NCBI GenBank assembly: GCA_963840885.1
Contig: CAWJAN010000001.1
Coordinates: forward strand, 115,051 to 179,050
Reading direction: 5' to 3'
From: an uncultured bacterium
GTDB lineage: Bacteria; Patescibacteriota; Minisyncoccia; Phycocordibacterales; GWA1-40-21
DNA length: 64,000 bases
Shown here: positions 40,101 to 47,954 of the stretch, piece by piece
Numbering within the stretch: the first letter of the stretch is position 1
How the letters are laid out: every line of letters starts with the position of its first letter
The notes under the pieces: generated by a model
The model's database searches: none
What the model was told of the DNA's origin: nothing
What the model saw: only the letters and a program-made list of their open reading frames with translations
Program-made: the position numbers and the translations under genes

Positions 40101-40231
40101 AGCCTGCCTTGATAAGAAAGGATGGTAGGAACTCCATTTTGTGCAAAAACAAAATTTTCGCTTAATAACGGAGAAAAAGCGAAACAGAGGACAAACAATA
40201 AAATTAGTGATTTTTTATAGGTTTTTACCAT
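31118..40231 (-). CDS. Giant fibre-like surface protein (~3037 aa) with modular repeats, intramolecular-chaperone-like domain and DUF5011-like C-terminus
   Basis: Signal peptide from MVKTYKK at 40231; LSYQGRL N-terminal domain; WGAITGxLSxQTDLQAALDAK tail-fibre-like motif x3; ADYAE...GRVPVK...GDYLTTS...GKAMKA; DTTAPVITLNG...GATATDDVDG. Confidence 0.85.
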   Translation of the reverse strand: MVKTYKKSLILLFVLCFAFSPLLSENFVFAQNGVPTILSYQGRLADSSGNLLGGTGTNYYFKFSIWDNSTVGSGTKLWPASAPTSFSSQVRQGVFNVNIGDTVAGYPDILDYNFNTNNSIYLQIEVSSDNVTFQTLSPRQKITSAAFSQVAGAVSGAGQSSFGTTTPIDNSVVSILSTSTDSTALTVRAFLGQVANIFQIQDSTGTNIFSIDSNGLLSAADANFSGNISASNFTGTSTGINTGDESSSSIRTKLGIASSTNDGYLSSSDWTNFNNKISGSGVAGQLSYWTATGTLSSIGTSTDGMFLRASSTSPTGYDWVLASSSGGNGVWGAITGTLSNQTDLQAALDAKLSTTSAASTYLTIANATATYPTFTYGSSTYLSQLQAAIDYVSTGTLATTLGGYLSTTSAAATYLTIANATATYPTFTYGSSTYLSQLQAAIDYVSTGTLATTLGGYLSTTSAAATYLPLSASTSLPYIPSASSSDFYLASNPSGYISNISGQDLSTADNSTSGFITASALAPYLSTTSAASTYLTIANATATYPTFTYASTTFATISSLGGYLSTTSAASTYLTIANATATYPTFTYGSSTYLSQLQAAIDYVSTGTLATTLGGYLSTTSAAATYLPLSASTSLPYIPSASSSDFYLASNPSGYIDSSALAPYLTSATAASTYVPYTYASSTFVTYDYGSSTYQTTLTNPITGTGTAGQIAIFNSSSGLTSIATGTAGQFLQASSTAPNGYAWAFASSGSATVAWGAITGLLSDQTDLQAALDAKLSTTSAASTYLTIANATATYPTFTYASTTFATISSLGGYLSTTSAAATYLTIANATATYPTFTYGSSTYLSQLQAAIDYVSTGTLATTLGGYLSTTSAAATYLPLSASTSLPYIPSASSSDFYLASNPSGYISNISGQDLSTADNSTSGFITASALAPYLSTTSAASTYLTIANATATYPTFTYASTTFATISSLGGYLSTTSAASTYLTIANATATYPTFTYGSSTYLSQLQAAIDYVSTGTLATTLGGYLSTTSAAATYLPLSASTSLPYIPSASSSDFYLASNPSGYISNISGQDLSTADNSTSGFITASALAPYLSTTSAASTYLTIANATATYPTFTYASTTFATISSLGGYLSTTSAAATYLPLSASTSLPYIPSASSSDFYLASNPSGYIDSSALAPYLTSATAASTYVPYTYASSTFVTYDYGSSTYQTTLTNPITGTGTAGQIAIFNSSSGLTSIATGTAGQFLQASSTAPNGYAWAFASSGSATVAWGAITGLLSDQTDLQAALDAKLSTTSAASTYLTIANATATYPTFTYASTTFATISSLGGYLSTTSAASTYLTIANATATYPTFTYASTTFATISSLGGYLSTTSAAATYLTIANATATYPTFTYGSSTYLSQLQAAINYVSTGTLATTLGGYLSTTSAAATYLPLSASTSLPYIPSASSSDFYLASNPSGYISNISGQDLSTADNSTSGFITASALAPYLSTTSAASTYLTIANATATYPTFTYGSSTYLSQLQAAIDYVSTGTLATTLGGYLSTTSAAATYLPLSASTSLPYIPSASSSDFYLASNPSGYISNISGQDLSTADNSTSGFITASALAPYLSTTSAASTYLTIANATATYPTFTYGSSTYLSQLQAAIDYVSTGTLATTLGGYLSTTSAAATYLPLSASTSLPYIPSASSSDFYLASNPSGYISNISGQDLSTADNSTSGFITASALAPYLSTTSAASTYLTIANATATYPTFTYGSSTYLSQLQAAIDYVSTGTLATTLGGYLSTTSAAATYLPLSASTSLPYIPSASSSDFYLASNPSGYISNISGQDLSTADNSTSGFITASALAPYLSTTSAASTYLTIANATATYPTFTYGSSTYLSQLQAAINYVSTGTLATTLGGYLSTTSAASTYLTIANATATYPTFTYASSTFVTYAYGSSTYATSAALANYVPYTGASSNVNLGSNQLTVSGTSTFSTTTISGSANLSSILSVLGSSNLATTSISQLSLGNGIASTLLAADSLGNVIATSTANLLSGYVTNTYASSTFPSFTYASSTFVTYAYGTSTYALLANTPTYTYASSTFPSFGYASSTYYFASNPSGYITNTVSTLTNYPTYTYASSTFSTYAYGTSTYATIANYPTYTYASSTFAALTGATFTGSVTINGTTTLATTTISNLKLGNGLVGSFLAVDGSGNVISTTSPILSGGTNGKVARWTSTSTLSSGVLFDNGTVAGVNATTSTSSFLVQGASGINPFAVSSSTGANLFTISQSGQAMIGTTTSFSLAKLLIDGSVSADGATNAIAGINGNYNVNPTAGGVQVGNRFVVNVQPTTNANTVVGEIMRMVDNTTLANTTRGMEIVSNAGSNTSGVNTGIRTTGATFGLQAITAGNAGGVLLPAALYAENDGTTQGDVLRLYTNTMTTATSVASFYQETSAFSGEGLTMNFGKGGGSFTGNFIDLKKNDTSLFTVNSNGIVSIGLATTTVSTAVCSTLATGTSPSAGSIYTLGDCSSAPSADYAENYPVATGTEYGDIVVTGSQLVNTYGTATDTSVDYNNVLGQITELVKSNSPYQKNTVGIVSDNHGNFTSAGYNIKKEDNPMPIALNGRVPVKISSSSEEINPGDYLTTSNDPGKAMKATGAGFVIGKALGSWSPSSTSTTVMVYVEQGYYNGQSISEFAGINIDNGIYPDDFAKQVLDKLLNGTSTAENSSELFTGRLAAGVEIITPQITANGLTIDHVNSLSDAISFNSDTIFFGTPYFNSDTAGFATIYKGATSVDVTFDKPYLVDPVVNATISLDSSVDAAAVSVAIFNNEIKYLVADKSTNGFTIMINNPAPEDIEFSWTAFAVKGAKDFMSIIPSSPSPAMGQGSDQSSDTSETSSSTTSTSTDTTSTSTDTTSTSTDTTSADDTASTTDTTSTTTDTEATTTPPAPADTTAPVITLNGSNPVNLTVGDTYADAGATATDDVDGNVSVTTSGTVDTSTAGTYAITYSATDAAGNNAKATREVDVTEPVQTEQATTTGTTDSTSTEATSSSQ
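34445..39175. repeat. 4731-bp intragenic array of six near-identical DNA modules (45-363 bp)
   Basis: Read from the sequence. Antisense ORFs in the track recur at 360-bp spacing (34608, 34968, 35328, 35688) and 477-bp spacing (36879, 37356). Confidence 0.97.
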
Positions 40232-40365
40232 ACAAATAATGCCTGTACACTCAAATAAATGCCTTATTTGATCAACTGGCATTATTATAACACTGTATGC
40301 ATAGAATATACAAATATATGTTGATAAAAATACGTTTAAAAATATGGATATTTTATTCCATTGAC

Positions 40366-40403
40366 AAAAAAACCGGTTCTTAGCTTAAGAAATCCGGTTT
40401 TTT
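40366..40403 (-). terminator. Terminator after gyrA
   Basis: AAAAAACCGG...CCGGTTTTTT hairpin. Confidence 0.7.
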
Positions 40404-40428
40404 ATTTTTTATGGCTTAAAATAAAGAC

Positions 40429-42906
40429 TTATATGCAGGTCACTGAAGCGATTGAATCACCCTCATAAAGCTTCATTATTCTTACCCCCTGAGTCTGTCT
40501 TCCGAGCGAAGGAATCTCTTTCGCATTGATTCTTATGACTTGGCTTTTCTTGGAAATAGTCGCTACTTCTTCGACATCGTCGGTCAAAACTCTTGATGCG
40601 ATTATTTCTCCGGTCTTCGGCGTAACTTTCATCGTCTTTATTCCTGATCCTCCTCTGCCTTGGACTTTGTATTCCTTGATAGCCGTTTTTTTCCCATAAC
40701 CATTTTTACTGACTACGAAAAATTCAGGATTTTTCATTTCTTTATTTATGACATCGGCTCCGACAATATAATCGCCTTTACTAAGTTTCATTCCGCGGAC
40801 TCCGGCGGCGCCTCTTCCCATAACCCTTATGTCTTTTCCTTTGAATCTTATGGACTGGCCTTTCGCTGAAGCAAGAATTACCTCATCTGTATCTGTCATG
40901 AAAAGCGCAGAGGAAAGTTCATCTCCGGTATCAAGTGATATAGCGATGAGTCCGCTTCTTCGTACATCCTTGAAACTGTCTGCATCGACTCTTTTCGTCG
41001 TTCCATTTTTTGTAATCAGGATGAGCGAGAGTTTTAAATTTTTCAAAGTTTTCGGCATCGCAAGAACAGAAGTTATTTTTTCATCGGCGGAAACTGCAAG
41101 ATAATTTACGATGGCTTTTCCTTTCGTCGCCCGCTTGCCTTCCGGAAGTTCATACATCTTAAGCTGATATGCTTTTCCTTTGTTCGTAAAAAACAAAATA
41201 TCATTGTGGGTTGTCGCAGTCAGGAAATGAGTTATGAAATCCTCCTCTTTGGTATCAAGATCGACAACGCCGACTCCTCCTCTTTTCTGTTTTTTGTATT
41301 CGTCGGGATTTGTCCTCTTTACGTATCCTCCGGCAGTAAGCACGAGCATCGAAGGTTCGTCTGCTATCAGATCTTCCTGAGAAAAAATCTTTGCTCCGCC
41401 TTTTACGACCTTGGTCAGCCTTTCATCGCCGTATTTTTCTTTTATTTCCTTAAGCTCGTCTTTTATGATCTGCAGAATCCTTTTCGGCTTTGACAAAATG
41501 TCTTTTAGATCTTTTATGAGGTTCTGCACTTCGAGAAGCTCGTCCTCCACTTTCTTCCTTTCAAGACCGGCAAGCTTCTGCAACCGCATTTCCAAAATGG
41601 CATTGGCCTGGATTTCCGAAAACTTGAAAGTTTTCATGAGGCTTGATCTCGCATCATCAACATCTTTTGATTTTTTTATGAGTTTTATTATTTCATCTAT
41701 ATGATCGAGGGCTTTCTTGAGTCCTAGAAGTATATGTTCCCTTGCTTCGGCTTTCCTCAAATCGTATTCTGTCCTTCTCTTTACAACGATTTTCCTGTGC
41801 ACGATAAATTCGTCCAGGAATGTCTTGAGCGACAATGTCTTCGGGACTCCTCCGACAAGAGCTACCAGGTTGAAATGGAAAGCTTCCTCAAGCTGCGTAT
41901 GCTTATACAAATAATTCAAAACTGAGTTCGGCTCGGCATTATTCTTGAGTTCAATGACAATTCTTATATCTTTTGCCGATTCGTCGCGAAGGCCCTTTAT
42001 TCCCTCGACTTTCTTGTCGCGCACAAGATTTGCAATAGCTATGATGAGCTCGGCTTTATTAACCCTGTAAGGAATCGAGGATATTATTATCTGCATCTCC
42101 CCGCCTTTTTTTCCTTCCACTATTTCTGCATTTCCTCTTGTAACGACTCCTCCGCGGCCAGTAGCATAGGCATGATTTATATCTGTCTGATTGAAAATAG
42201 TTCCGCCAGTGGGAAAATCCGGGCCTTTTATGAATTCAAGAAGGTCTTCCGTGGTAGCCTCAGGATTATCTGCCAAATGGAGCGTTGCATCAACGACTTC
42301 ATTTAGATTATGAGGAGGAATATTCGTAGCCATGCCTACGGCAATACCCAGAGTTCCATTCAGAAGAAGATTCGGCACTGCAGCAGGAAGAACATCCGGC
42401 TCTTTTTTCGTATTGTCATAGTTTGGCCTCCAGTCAACAGTATCTTTTTCAAGATCTTTAAGCATCTCTCCGGAAATCTTGGACATTTTTGCTTCTGTAT
42501 ACCTCATAGCGGCCGCTCCGTCTCCATCTATATTCCCAAAGTTTCCTTGTCCTATTATGAGAGGGTATCTGAAAGAAAAATCTTGGGCCATCTTTACCAT
42601 GGATTCATAAATGGCGACGTCGCCATGAGGGTGGTAATTTCCCATGACTTCTCCTACTACAGTAGCGGATTTCCTTGTTTTTCCTCCAGATGTAATACCC
42701 ATCTGACCCATCGCATACAAAATCCTCCTGTGAATCGGCTTTAGCCCGTCTCGTATATCCGGCAGCGCTCTCTGTGTAATGACTGACATGGCATAGTCCA
42801 AATACGACTCCTTCATTTCAGTCGTAATGCTCCTCGGAGAAATAGCTTTAGCTTCTATTTTTTTCTCTTCGTGTGAATCTTCCTTTTTCGTATTCGTCTT
42901 TGCCAT
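40429..42906 (-). CDS. gyrA: DNA gyrase subunit A
   Basis: Motifs [16 protein letters not shown] and AAAMRYTEA; GyrA-box-like QKRGGVG; C-terminal pinwheel repeats. Confidence 0.97.
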   Translation of the reverse strand: MAKTNTKKEDSHEEKKIEAKAISPRSITTEMKESYLDYAMSVITQRALPDIRDGLKPIHRRILYAMGQMGITSGGKTRKSATVVGEVMGNYHPHGDVAIYESMVKMAQDFSFRYPLIIGQGNFGNIDGDGAAAMRYTEAKMSKISGEMLKDLEKDTVDWRPNYDNTKKEPDVLPAAVPNLLLNGTLGIAVGMATNIPPHNLNEVVDATLHLADNPEATTEDLLEFIKGPDFPTGGTIFNQTDINHAYATGRGGVVTRGNAEIVEGKKGGEMQIIISSIPYRVNKAELIIAIANLVRDKKVEGIKGLRDESAKDIRIVIELKNNAEPNSVLNYLYKHTQLEEAFHFNLVALVGGVPKTLSLKTFLDEFIVHRKIVVKRRTEYDLRKAEAREHILLGLKKALDHIDEIIKLIKKSKDVDDARSSLMKTFKFSEIQANAILEMRLQKLAGLERKKVEDELLEVQNLIKDLKDILSKPKRILQIIKDELKEIKEKYGDERLTKVVKGGAKIFSQEDLIADEPSMLVLTAGGYVKRTNPDEYKKQKRGGVGVVDLDTKEEDFITHFLTATTHNDILFFTNKGKAYQLKMYELPEGKRATKGKAIVNYLAVSADEKITSVLAMPKTLKNLKLSLILITKNGTTKRVDADSFKDVRRSGLIAISLDTGDELSSALFMTDTDEVILASAKGQSIRFKGKDIRVMGRGAAGVRGMKLSKGDYIVGADVINKEMKNPEFFVVSKNGYGKKTAIKEYKVQGRGGSGIKTMKVTPKTGEIIASRVLTDDVEEVATISKKSQVIRINAKEIPSLGRQTQGVRIMKLYEGDSIASVTCI

Positions 42907-42931
42907 TTTTTTATAATCTTATGATTTTTAA

Positions 42932-43231
42932 TTATTTTGTGCTTGTTGCCGATGTGGCCGTATCCGTTGATTCCATTAAATCAGTACTGCTTGCCGTGCT
43001 CGTCCCAAAAAACTCATCCTTGGATTCATTCAATTTTTCAGAGAAATCCGATATGGACTGCTTGATATTTTCTAACCCTCTGTTGTCTGCCGGACTGCTT
43101 TCGTTGAAATAGCTTATCTGCGATTTCACGAAAAACCACCCTGCGGCAATGGCAATCGTAATCACGATTGCCGCCATTACGGAAAAATTTTTCTTTTTGC
43201 CGTCCGGCCAATTTTTCATGTCTTTGAACAT
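42932..43231 (-). CDS. Small single-pass membrane hypothetical protein
   Basis: One TM helix and a Ser/Thr-rich tail. Confidence 0.6.
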   Translation of the reverse strand: MFKDMKNWPDGKKKNFSVMAAIVITIAIAAGWFFVKSQISYFNESSPADNRGLENIKQSISDFSEKLNESKDEFFGTSTASSTDLMESTDTATSATSTK

Positions 43232-43244
43232 CGGATTTCAATTA

Positions 43245-43910
43245 TTACTGAACTGAAAGAACAACCACATCTCCTTCCCTTCCTTCCAAATCTTTTCTTT
43301 TTATCGTCAGCTTGTCCGTAGGCTTTACGCTCTCTTCTCCGGCTTCTTTCAAATATTTCTTGAGTGCGTCTTTGGCTCCGACTTCTCCCTGGCCGGACAG
43401 GCCGTAATGCATAGGTATGATTATTTTAGGCTCTATTTCCACCGAAAGCTTTTCAGCTTGCGCCGAATCTATTACCCCTTCTCCTCCGATAGGAAGAAAC
43501 AATATATCCACATCACCCAATGATTCTTTTACATCACTTGAAAGATTTATATCGCTAAGCGCTCCAAGAAAACATATATTTATATTTTCAAGAGTAACGG
43601 AATAAATTGTATTTATCTTATCTTTGCCACCCTGGCCGGTCAGGCCATAATTTGATTTTGAAGCGAATCCCTTTATGAAAACATTTTTTGCTTCATATTC
43701 TCCTGGACCTGAAATGACTATTGGCTCTTTCCCATTATAGGATAAGTTTTCCGCGCCGTTCATATCTTTGTTATTCAGGCTTACAAGGGCGATATCGGCA
43801 AAAAACCTTGTAGTCTTGAATTTTGATTCTTTGGAAATAGGGTTAAAAGCGAGGGTAATATCGCCAAATTGGACTTTAAAAAACTCCACCCCTTGGTAAG
43901 TTATTATCAT
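43245..43910 (-). CDS. Metallo-beta-lactamase-fold protein with degenerate metal ligands
   Basis: Motifs GPGEYE, DILFLPIGG and PKIIIPMHY. The HxHxDH motif appears as LNNKDM. Confidence 0.8.
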   Translation of the reverse strand: MIITYQGVEFFKVQFGDITLAFNPISKESKFKTTRFFADIALVSLNNKDMNGAENLSYNGKEPIVISGPGEYEAKNVFIKGFASKSNYGLTGQGGKDKINTIYSVTLENINICFLGALSDINLSSDVKESLGDVDILFLPIGGEGVIDSAQAEKLSVEIEPKIIIPMHYGLSGQGEVGAKDALKKYLKEAGEESVKPTDKLTIKRKDLEGREGDVVVLSVQ

Positions 43911-43967
43911 GCTGTAATTATAGCAAATATTGCGGCAGATTAAAAGGGAAAAATACTATTTTAAGTC

Positions 43968-44097
43968 TTTACAGCGGCTATTAATTCTGATAGCATGAGC
44001 CCATTATCAGGTTGCGCAAAAAGCTGACCTCATCAGGCCCGAGAGCGGATGAAACTTTTTGGCAAAGTTTGCGCGCCTTAACAGGCGCATTTTTTTA
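43968..44097 (+). promoter_or_regulatory. Promoter and structured 5' leader of rpsA
   Basis: TTTACA-N17-TAGCAT (43968-43996), followed by several stems and GCGCCT-TAAC-AGGCGC plus a T-run. Confidence 0.55.
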
Positions 44098-44105
44098 TCA
44101 AATAT

Positions 44106-45266
44106 ATGGGTTTATTTTCAAAAAAAACAAAAGAAGAAAAAGAGGAAGTTAAAGAAACAAAGACAGCAAAGGTTTCTAAGACCGATACTGTAGTTTCCGA
44201 AAAAGCAATGAAGGATAGCGTGATGTCCAAATATTTCGCCGAAACGAAAAATCTTCCTATGCCGGGAGAAGTCGTTGAAGGAAAAGTTTCAGGAATAGAA
44301 AAAGCCAGGGTTTACGTCGATCTTACTCCTTACGGAACAGGCCTCATTTACGGAAAAGAATTCATAACGGCAAGAGACGTCATAAAAAAAATCGGCGTCG
44401 GAGATACCGTTTCCGCAAAAGTAGTTGATTACGCAAATAAAGAAGGATACATAGAGCTTTCGCTCAAAGAAGCCAGACAAGCGCAGATATGGGGAGAGGC
44501 GGAAAAAGGCATAAGAGAAAAAACTGTTTTCGAACTTCCTGTTGAGGAAGCTAACAAGGGTGGACTTATAGTTTCGTGGCAAGGAATAAAAGGATTTTTG
44601 CCTGCTTCACAGCTGAAAGCCGAACATTATCCGAAAGTAGAAGAAGGCGACAAGGATAAGATTCTTGATGAGCTAAAAAAGCTTGTCGGGCAGAAAATCG
44701 CCGTCAGCATCATTACTGCTGATCCTAAAGAAGGAAAGCTCATTTTTTCTGAAAAGAATCTCGAGAAGAAAGAGAAGCTTAAAATGGCTGACAAATATAA
44801 AGTCGGCGATGTTCTGGACGGCGTTGTAACTGGTGCCGTAGATTTCGGAGTATTCGTAAAGCTTGAAGACGGCCTTGAAGGACTTGTTCATATTTCTGAA
44901 ATAGACTGGGGACTTGTTGAAGATCCTAAAATAATGTTCAAAGTCGGAGACAAGGTTAAAGTCAAAGTCATAGACGTCAAAGACGGAAAAGTTTCGCTTT
45001 CCATAAAAGCCCTTAAAACCAATCCTTGGGTTGAGGCCGAGAAAAAATACAAGAAAGGAGACGAAGTTGAAGGCGTCATAATAAAATTCAACAAATACGG
45101 AGCCCTTGCTTCAATTGAGGAAGGAGTTTCCGGGCTTGTCCATGTTTCCGATTTCGGTTCGGAAACGAAGATGAAAGAAGCCATCAGCCTTGGAAAAAGC
45201 TATAAATTCAAAATAAATCTTTTTGAGCCTAAAAATCAGAAGATGGGATTGAGTTTTGCAAAGTAA
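44106..45266 (+). CDS. rpsA: Ribosomal protein S1 (four S1 domains)
   Basis: Motifs ANKGGL, GFLPASQL, FGVFVKL..GLEGLVHISE and LSIKAL..NPW. Confidence 0.9.
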   Translation: MGLFSKKTKEEKEEVKETKTAKVSKTDTVVSEKAMKDSVMSKYFAETKNLPMPGEVVEGKVSGIEKARVYVDLTPYGTGLIYGKEFITARDVIKKIGVGDTVSAKVVDYANKEGYIELSLKEARQAQIWGEAEKGIREKTVFELPVEEANKGGLIVSWQGIKGFLPASQLKAEHYPKVEEGDKDKILDELKKLVGQKIAVSIITADPKEGKLIFSEKNLEKKEKLKMADKYKVGDVLDGVVTGAVDFGVFVKLEDGLEGLVHISEIDWGLVEDPKIMFKVGDKVKVKVIDVKDGKVSLSIKALKTNPWVEAEKKYKKGDEVEGVIIKFNKYGALASIEEGVSGLVHVSDFGSETKMKEAISLGKSYKFKINLFEPKNQKMGLSFAK

Positions 45267-45274
45267 CTGTAAAA

Positions 45275-45308
45275 ATAAAAAGCGGCGCCTTACGGCGTCG
45301 CTTTTTAT
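45275..45308. terminator. Bidirectional terminator between rpsA and pth
   Basis: AAAAAGCGGCGCC-TTAC-GGCGTCGCTTTTT. Confidence 0.85.
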
Positions 45309-45317
45309 TTTTTATTA

Positions 45318-45917
45318 TTAGTTTCCAGAATTGACCTGTGCAGTTGCAATATCTCTTCCTTCTTTCAAAAGAGTTTCGAGCCCCTCCGCCGCTCTTTTCA
45401 TTATTTTTTTCAGCTCATCCTGCTCGCTTGGCTTGAATTTTCCTAGAATAAAATCTCCCACTGCTTTTTCTCCCTGAGGTTTTTTTACCATACCTTTTGC
45501 ATTAGCCGGAGAAATTCCTATTCTCATTCTTATGAATCCTTCCGTTTTAACTGCTTTGATTATGGATTCCACTCCTCTGTGCCCGCCGGAGCTTTTGTTG
45601 TATGAAAGTTTTATTTTTCCGAAAGGAATATCCATGTCGTCGTGAATGACTACCAGAGTTTCAGCCGCTTTCTTGCTTTTTATGAGCGATCTGACGGCAT
45701 CGCCTGATTTGTTCATGAAAGTATTTGGCTTTATCAATGTCACAGTATTTTTCCCGACTTTCGTTTTTGCGATTTCTGATTTTATTTTCTTGTCTTCCTT
45801 CCACTCATATACGCCTTCTTTTTTCGCAAAAGCATCCATTGCGATTCTTCCTGTATTGTGGCGCGTGCCTTCATATTCAGCGCCTGGATTTCCTAAACCA
45901 ACTATTATGTAATTCAT
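45318..45917 (-). CDS. pth: Peptidyl-tRNA hydrolase
   Basis: Motifs IVGLGNPG..YEGTRHN, FMNKSG, HDDMD and GGHRG. Confidence 0.96.
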   Translation of the reverse strand: MNYIIVGLGNPGAEYEGTRHNTGRIAMDAFAKKEGVYEWKEDKKIKSEIAKTKVGKNTVTLIKPNTFMNKSGDAVRSLIKSKKAAETLVVIHDDMDIPFGKIKLSYNKSSGGHRGVESIIKAVKTEGFIRMRIGISPANAKGMVKKPQGEKAVGDFILGKFKPSEQDELKKIMKRAAEGLETLLKEGRDIATAQVNSGN

Positions 45918-46037
45918 AGTTCATAATTTTAAGGCAAACAAAAAAGATGTAAAGGGTGTTTTTTCTTTAAAATTTTGCAAAATGGCATTTTTATGGTAAA
46001 ATCTTCCTTTAACCTTAATTAAAGCCGCAAAAACAGG

Positions 46038-46670
46038 ATGCAGAACGCAAAAAATTTTATAAAGGAAGTTGTTGGCATAGCTATTTTATCTTTCATAATA
46101 GTTCTTCCCATAAGAGTATTTATCGCTCAGCCATTTGTCGTATCCGGAGAATCGATGAGCCAGACTTTCCAAGACGGCAATTATCTTATAGTAAATGAGT
46201 TAGGCTATGATTTCCATAAGCCTGCCCGCGGAGACGTAATAGTGTTCAAAGTTCCTCCTGCCGGCCTTGCGCTTCAGAATGTCGATATAACAAAAACCGT
46301 TTACTATATAAAAAGAGTTATAGGTCTTCCTGGAGAAACCGTTGAAATAGACGGTGATGAAGTAAAGATTTACAATTCTGCAAATCCTGGCGGATTTGTG
46401 CTGGACGAACCTTACATATATATAGACAAAAGCGTAACATCCGCATTCTCGCAAATACATGAAAAGACTACTCTCGGACCGAACGAATATTTCGTCATGG
46501 GCGACAACAGGCATAACAGCTCTGATTCCAGATTATGGGGAATATTGCCTGGAGATAACATAAAAGGACAGGTTTTAGCCCGTCTATTCCCATTGAATGA
46601 AATTTCTATCTCGCCTGGAGAATTCAGCTTCGGTTCATCAACGCCGATTTCAACTTCAACATCAAAATAA
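46038..46670 (+). CDS. lepB: Signal peptidase I
   Basis: Motifs VSGESM, YIKRVIGLPGE and GDNRHNSSDSR. Confidence 0.95.
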   Translation: MQNAKNFIKEVVGIAILSFIIVLPIRVFIAQPFVVSGESMSQTFQDGNYLIVNELGYDFHKPARGDVIVFKVPPAGLALQNVDITKTVYYIKRVIGLPGETVEIDGDEVKIYNSANPGGFVLDEPYIYIDKSVTSAFSQIHEKTTLGPNEYFVMGDNRHNSSDSRLWGILPGDNIKGQVLARLFPLNEISISPGEFSFGSSTPISTSTSK

Positions 46671-46672
46671 AT

Positions 46673-47896
46673 ATGGCAAAAAAGAACAATAAACAAAAAA
46701 TGAAAAAATCTTCTCCTAAAAAAGAATTCGTAAGCTTTTTGCCTGTAAATAAATCGGCCGAGGCGGCCCTATATTTTGGATTTACTCCGATAAAAACTCT
46801 CCGCATAGCAAAAGACGATATCAGCAAAGCATCGGCGCTTAAAGAAAGCTGGGCAAAAAACTGCGCCGGAATGCCCTGGCTTTTTTCTCAGCCTTTCGTG
46901 GAAGAAAGGATAGCCATGCTCCGCGAATATACCGACCAAAAAATGATTTCCCAGCCGCAGCCGGTAATGTTTATACATGAAACGGAAATAATAAAAGAAA
47001 GGGCAAAATCCACCATTAATCTTGAAGTCGTCGGAACGGAAAAAGCTATAGCCGAAGCTCTTCTCATAAAAACTACGGTTTCAATACTTAAAGACAGCGG
47101 CTATAAGAATATTTCCATAGAAATAAATTCCGTCGGGGACAAAGAATCGATAAGCAAGTTTTCAAGAGATCTTACGAATTATTACAAGAAAAATCTCAAT
47201 CAGCTTGGAAGCCACTGCAGGCAGAACTTCAAGAAAGATTCATTTTATGTGCTTCCATGCTGCGAATGCGATCCCGCAGGAAAAATAAAAGAAGTCGCTC
47301 CAACGTCCATTGCTTCCCTTTCAGACATAAGCCGCCTGCAGTTCAAAGAAGTGCTCGAGTACATAGAGACTATGGAAATTCCGTACAAAATAAACAATTG
47401 CCTGGTGCCGGACAGGAAATACGGTTCAGGAACAGTCTTCGAAATAAGGGAGGTGTTGTCAGACGGCAAAGAAGGAGAAGTCATCGCTGTCGGCTTCAGA
47501 TACGACGGCCTAGCGCAAAAGATAGGATATAAAAGGGATATTCCGGGAGCAGGCGTAAAGATATTCCTCAAGAAAAAAGCTTCCGTTAAAAAAATATCTA
47601 AGCTTCCTAAGCCAAATGCATTTTATATACAGCTAGGCGATGAAGCTAAGCACAAGAGCCTGCAAGTCATAGAAAGGCTCAGGAACGACGGCATTTTCAT
47701 ATACCATATGCTCGGACGAGATAAGTTCGGAAGCCAGTTCTCTCTTGTGGAAAAATCCAAAGTTCCATACGTCATAATCATGGGCAAAAAGGAATTTTTG
47801 GAAAACGCCGTTATGGTGCGCGACAATACCACGAGAATACAGGAAACCGTTCCCATAGAAAATCTATCGGAATACCTCAATAAGCTCAAGAAATAG
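46673..47896 (+). CDS. Degenerate histidyl-tRNA synthetase paralog (HisZ-like) with anticodon-binding domain
   Basis: IEINSVGD, RYDGL and a C-terminal HGTP-type domain are present; motif 2 and RGLDYY are not recognisable. Confidence 0.75.
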   Translation: MAKKNNKQKMKKSSPKKEFVSFLPVNKSAEAALYFGFTPIKTLRIAKDDISKASALKESWAKNCAGMPWLFSQPFVEERIAMLREYTDQKMISQPQPVMFIHETEIIKERAKSTINLEVVGTEKAIAEALLIKTTVSILKDSGYKNISIEINSVGDKESISKFSRDLTNYYKKNLNQLGSHCRQNFKKDSFYVLPCCECDPAGKIKEVAPTSIASLSDISRLQFKEVLEYIETMEIPYKINNCLVPDRKYGSGTVFEIREVLSDGKEGEVIAVGFRYDGLAQKIGYKRDIPGAGVKIFLKKKASVKKISKLPKPNAFYIQLGDEAKHKSLQVIERLRNDGIFIYHMLGRDKFGSQFSLVEKSKVPYVIIMGKKEFLENAVMVRDNTTRIQETVPIENLSEYLNKLKK

Positions 47897-47954
47897 GCTG
47901 TTGTTTTAAATCAACATTGCATTGATACTGAAAAAATGCTATTCTTTTTCGGCT

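Noticed and set aside
20868-40231. Diversity-generating retroelement acting on the surface genes
   Set aside because: No reverse transcriptase in the window and no repeat pair with adenine-specific mismatches.
44028-44052. SRP RNA domain IV (TCAGGCCCGAGAGCGGA)
   Set aside because: It lacks the AGCAG half of the conserved loop and the long enclosing hairpin; treated as the rpsA leader instead.
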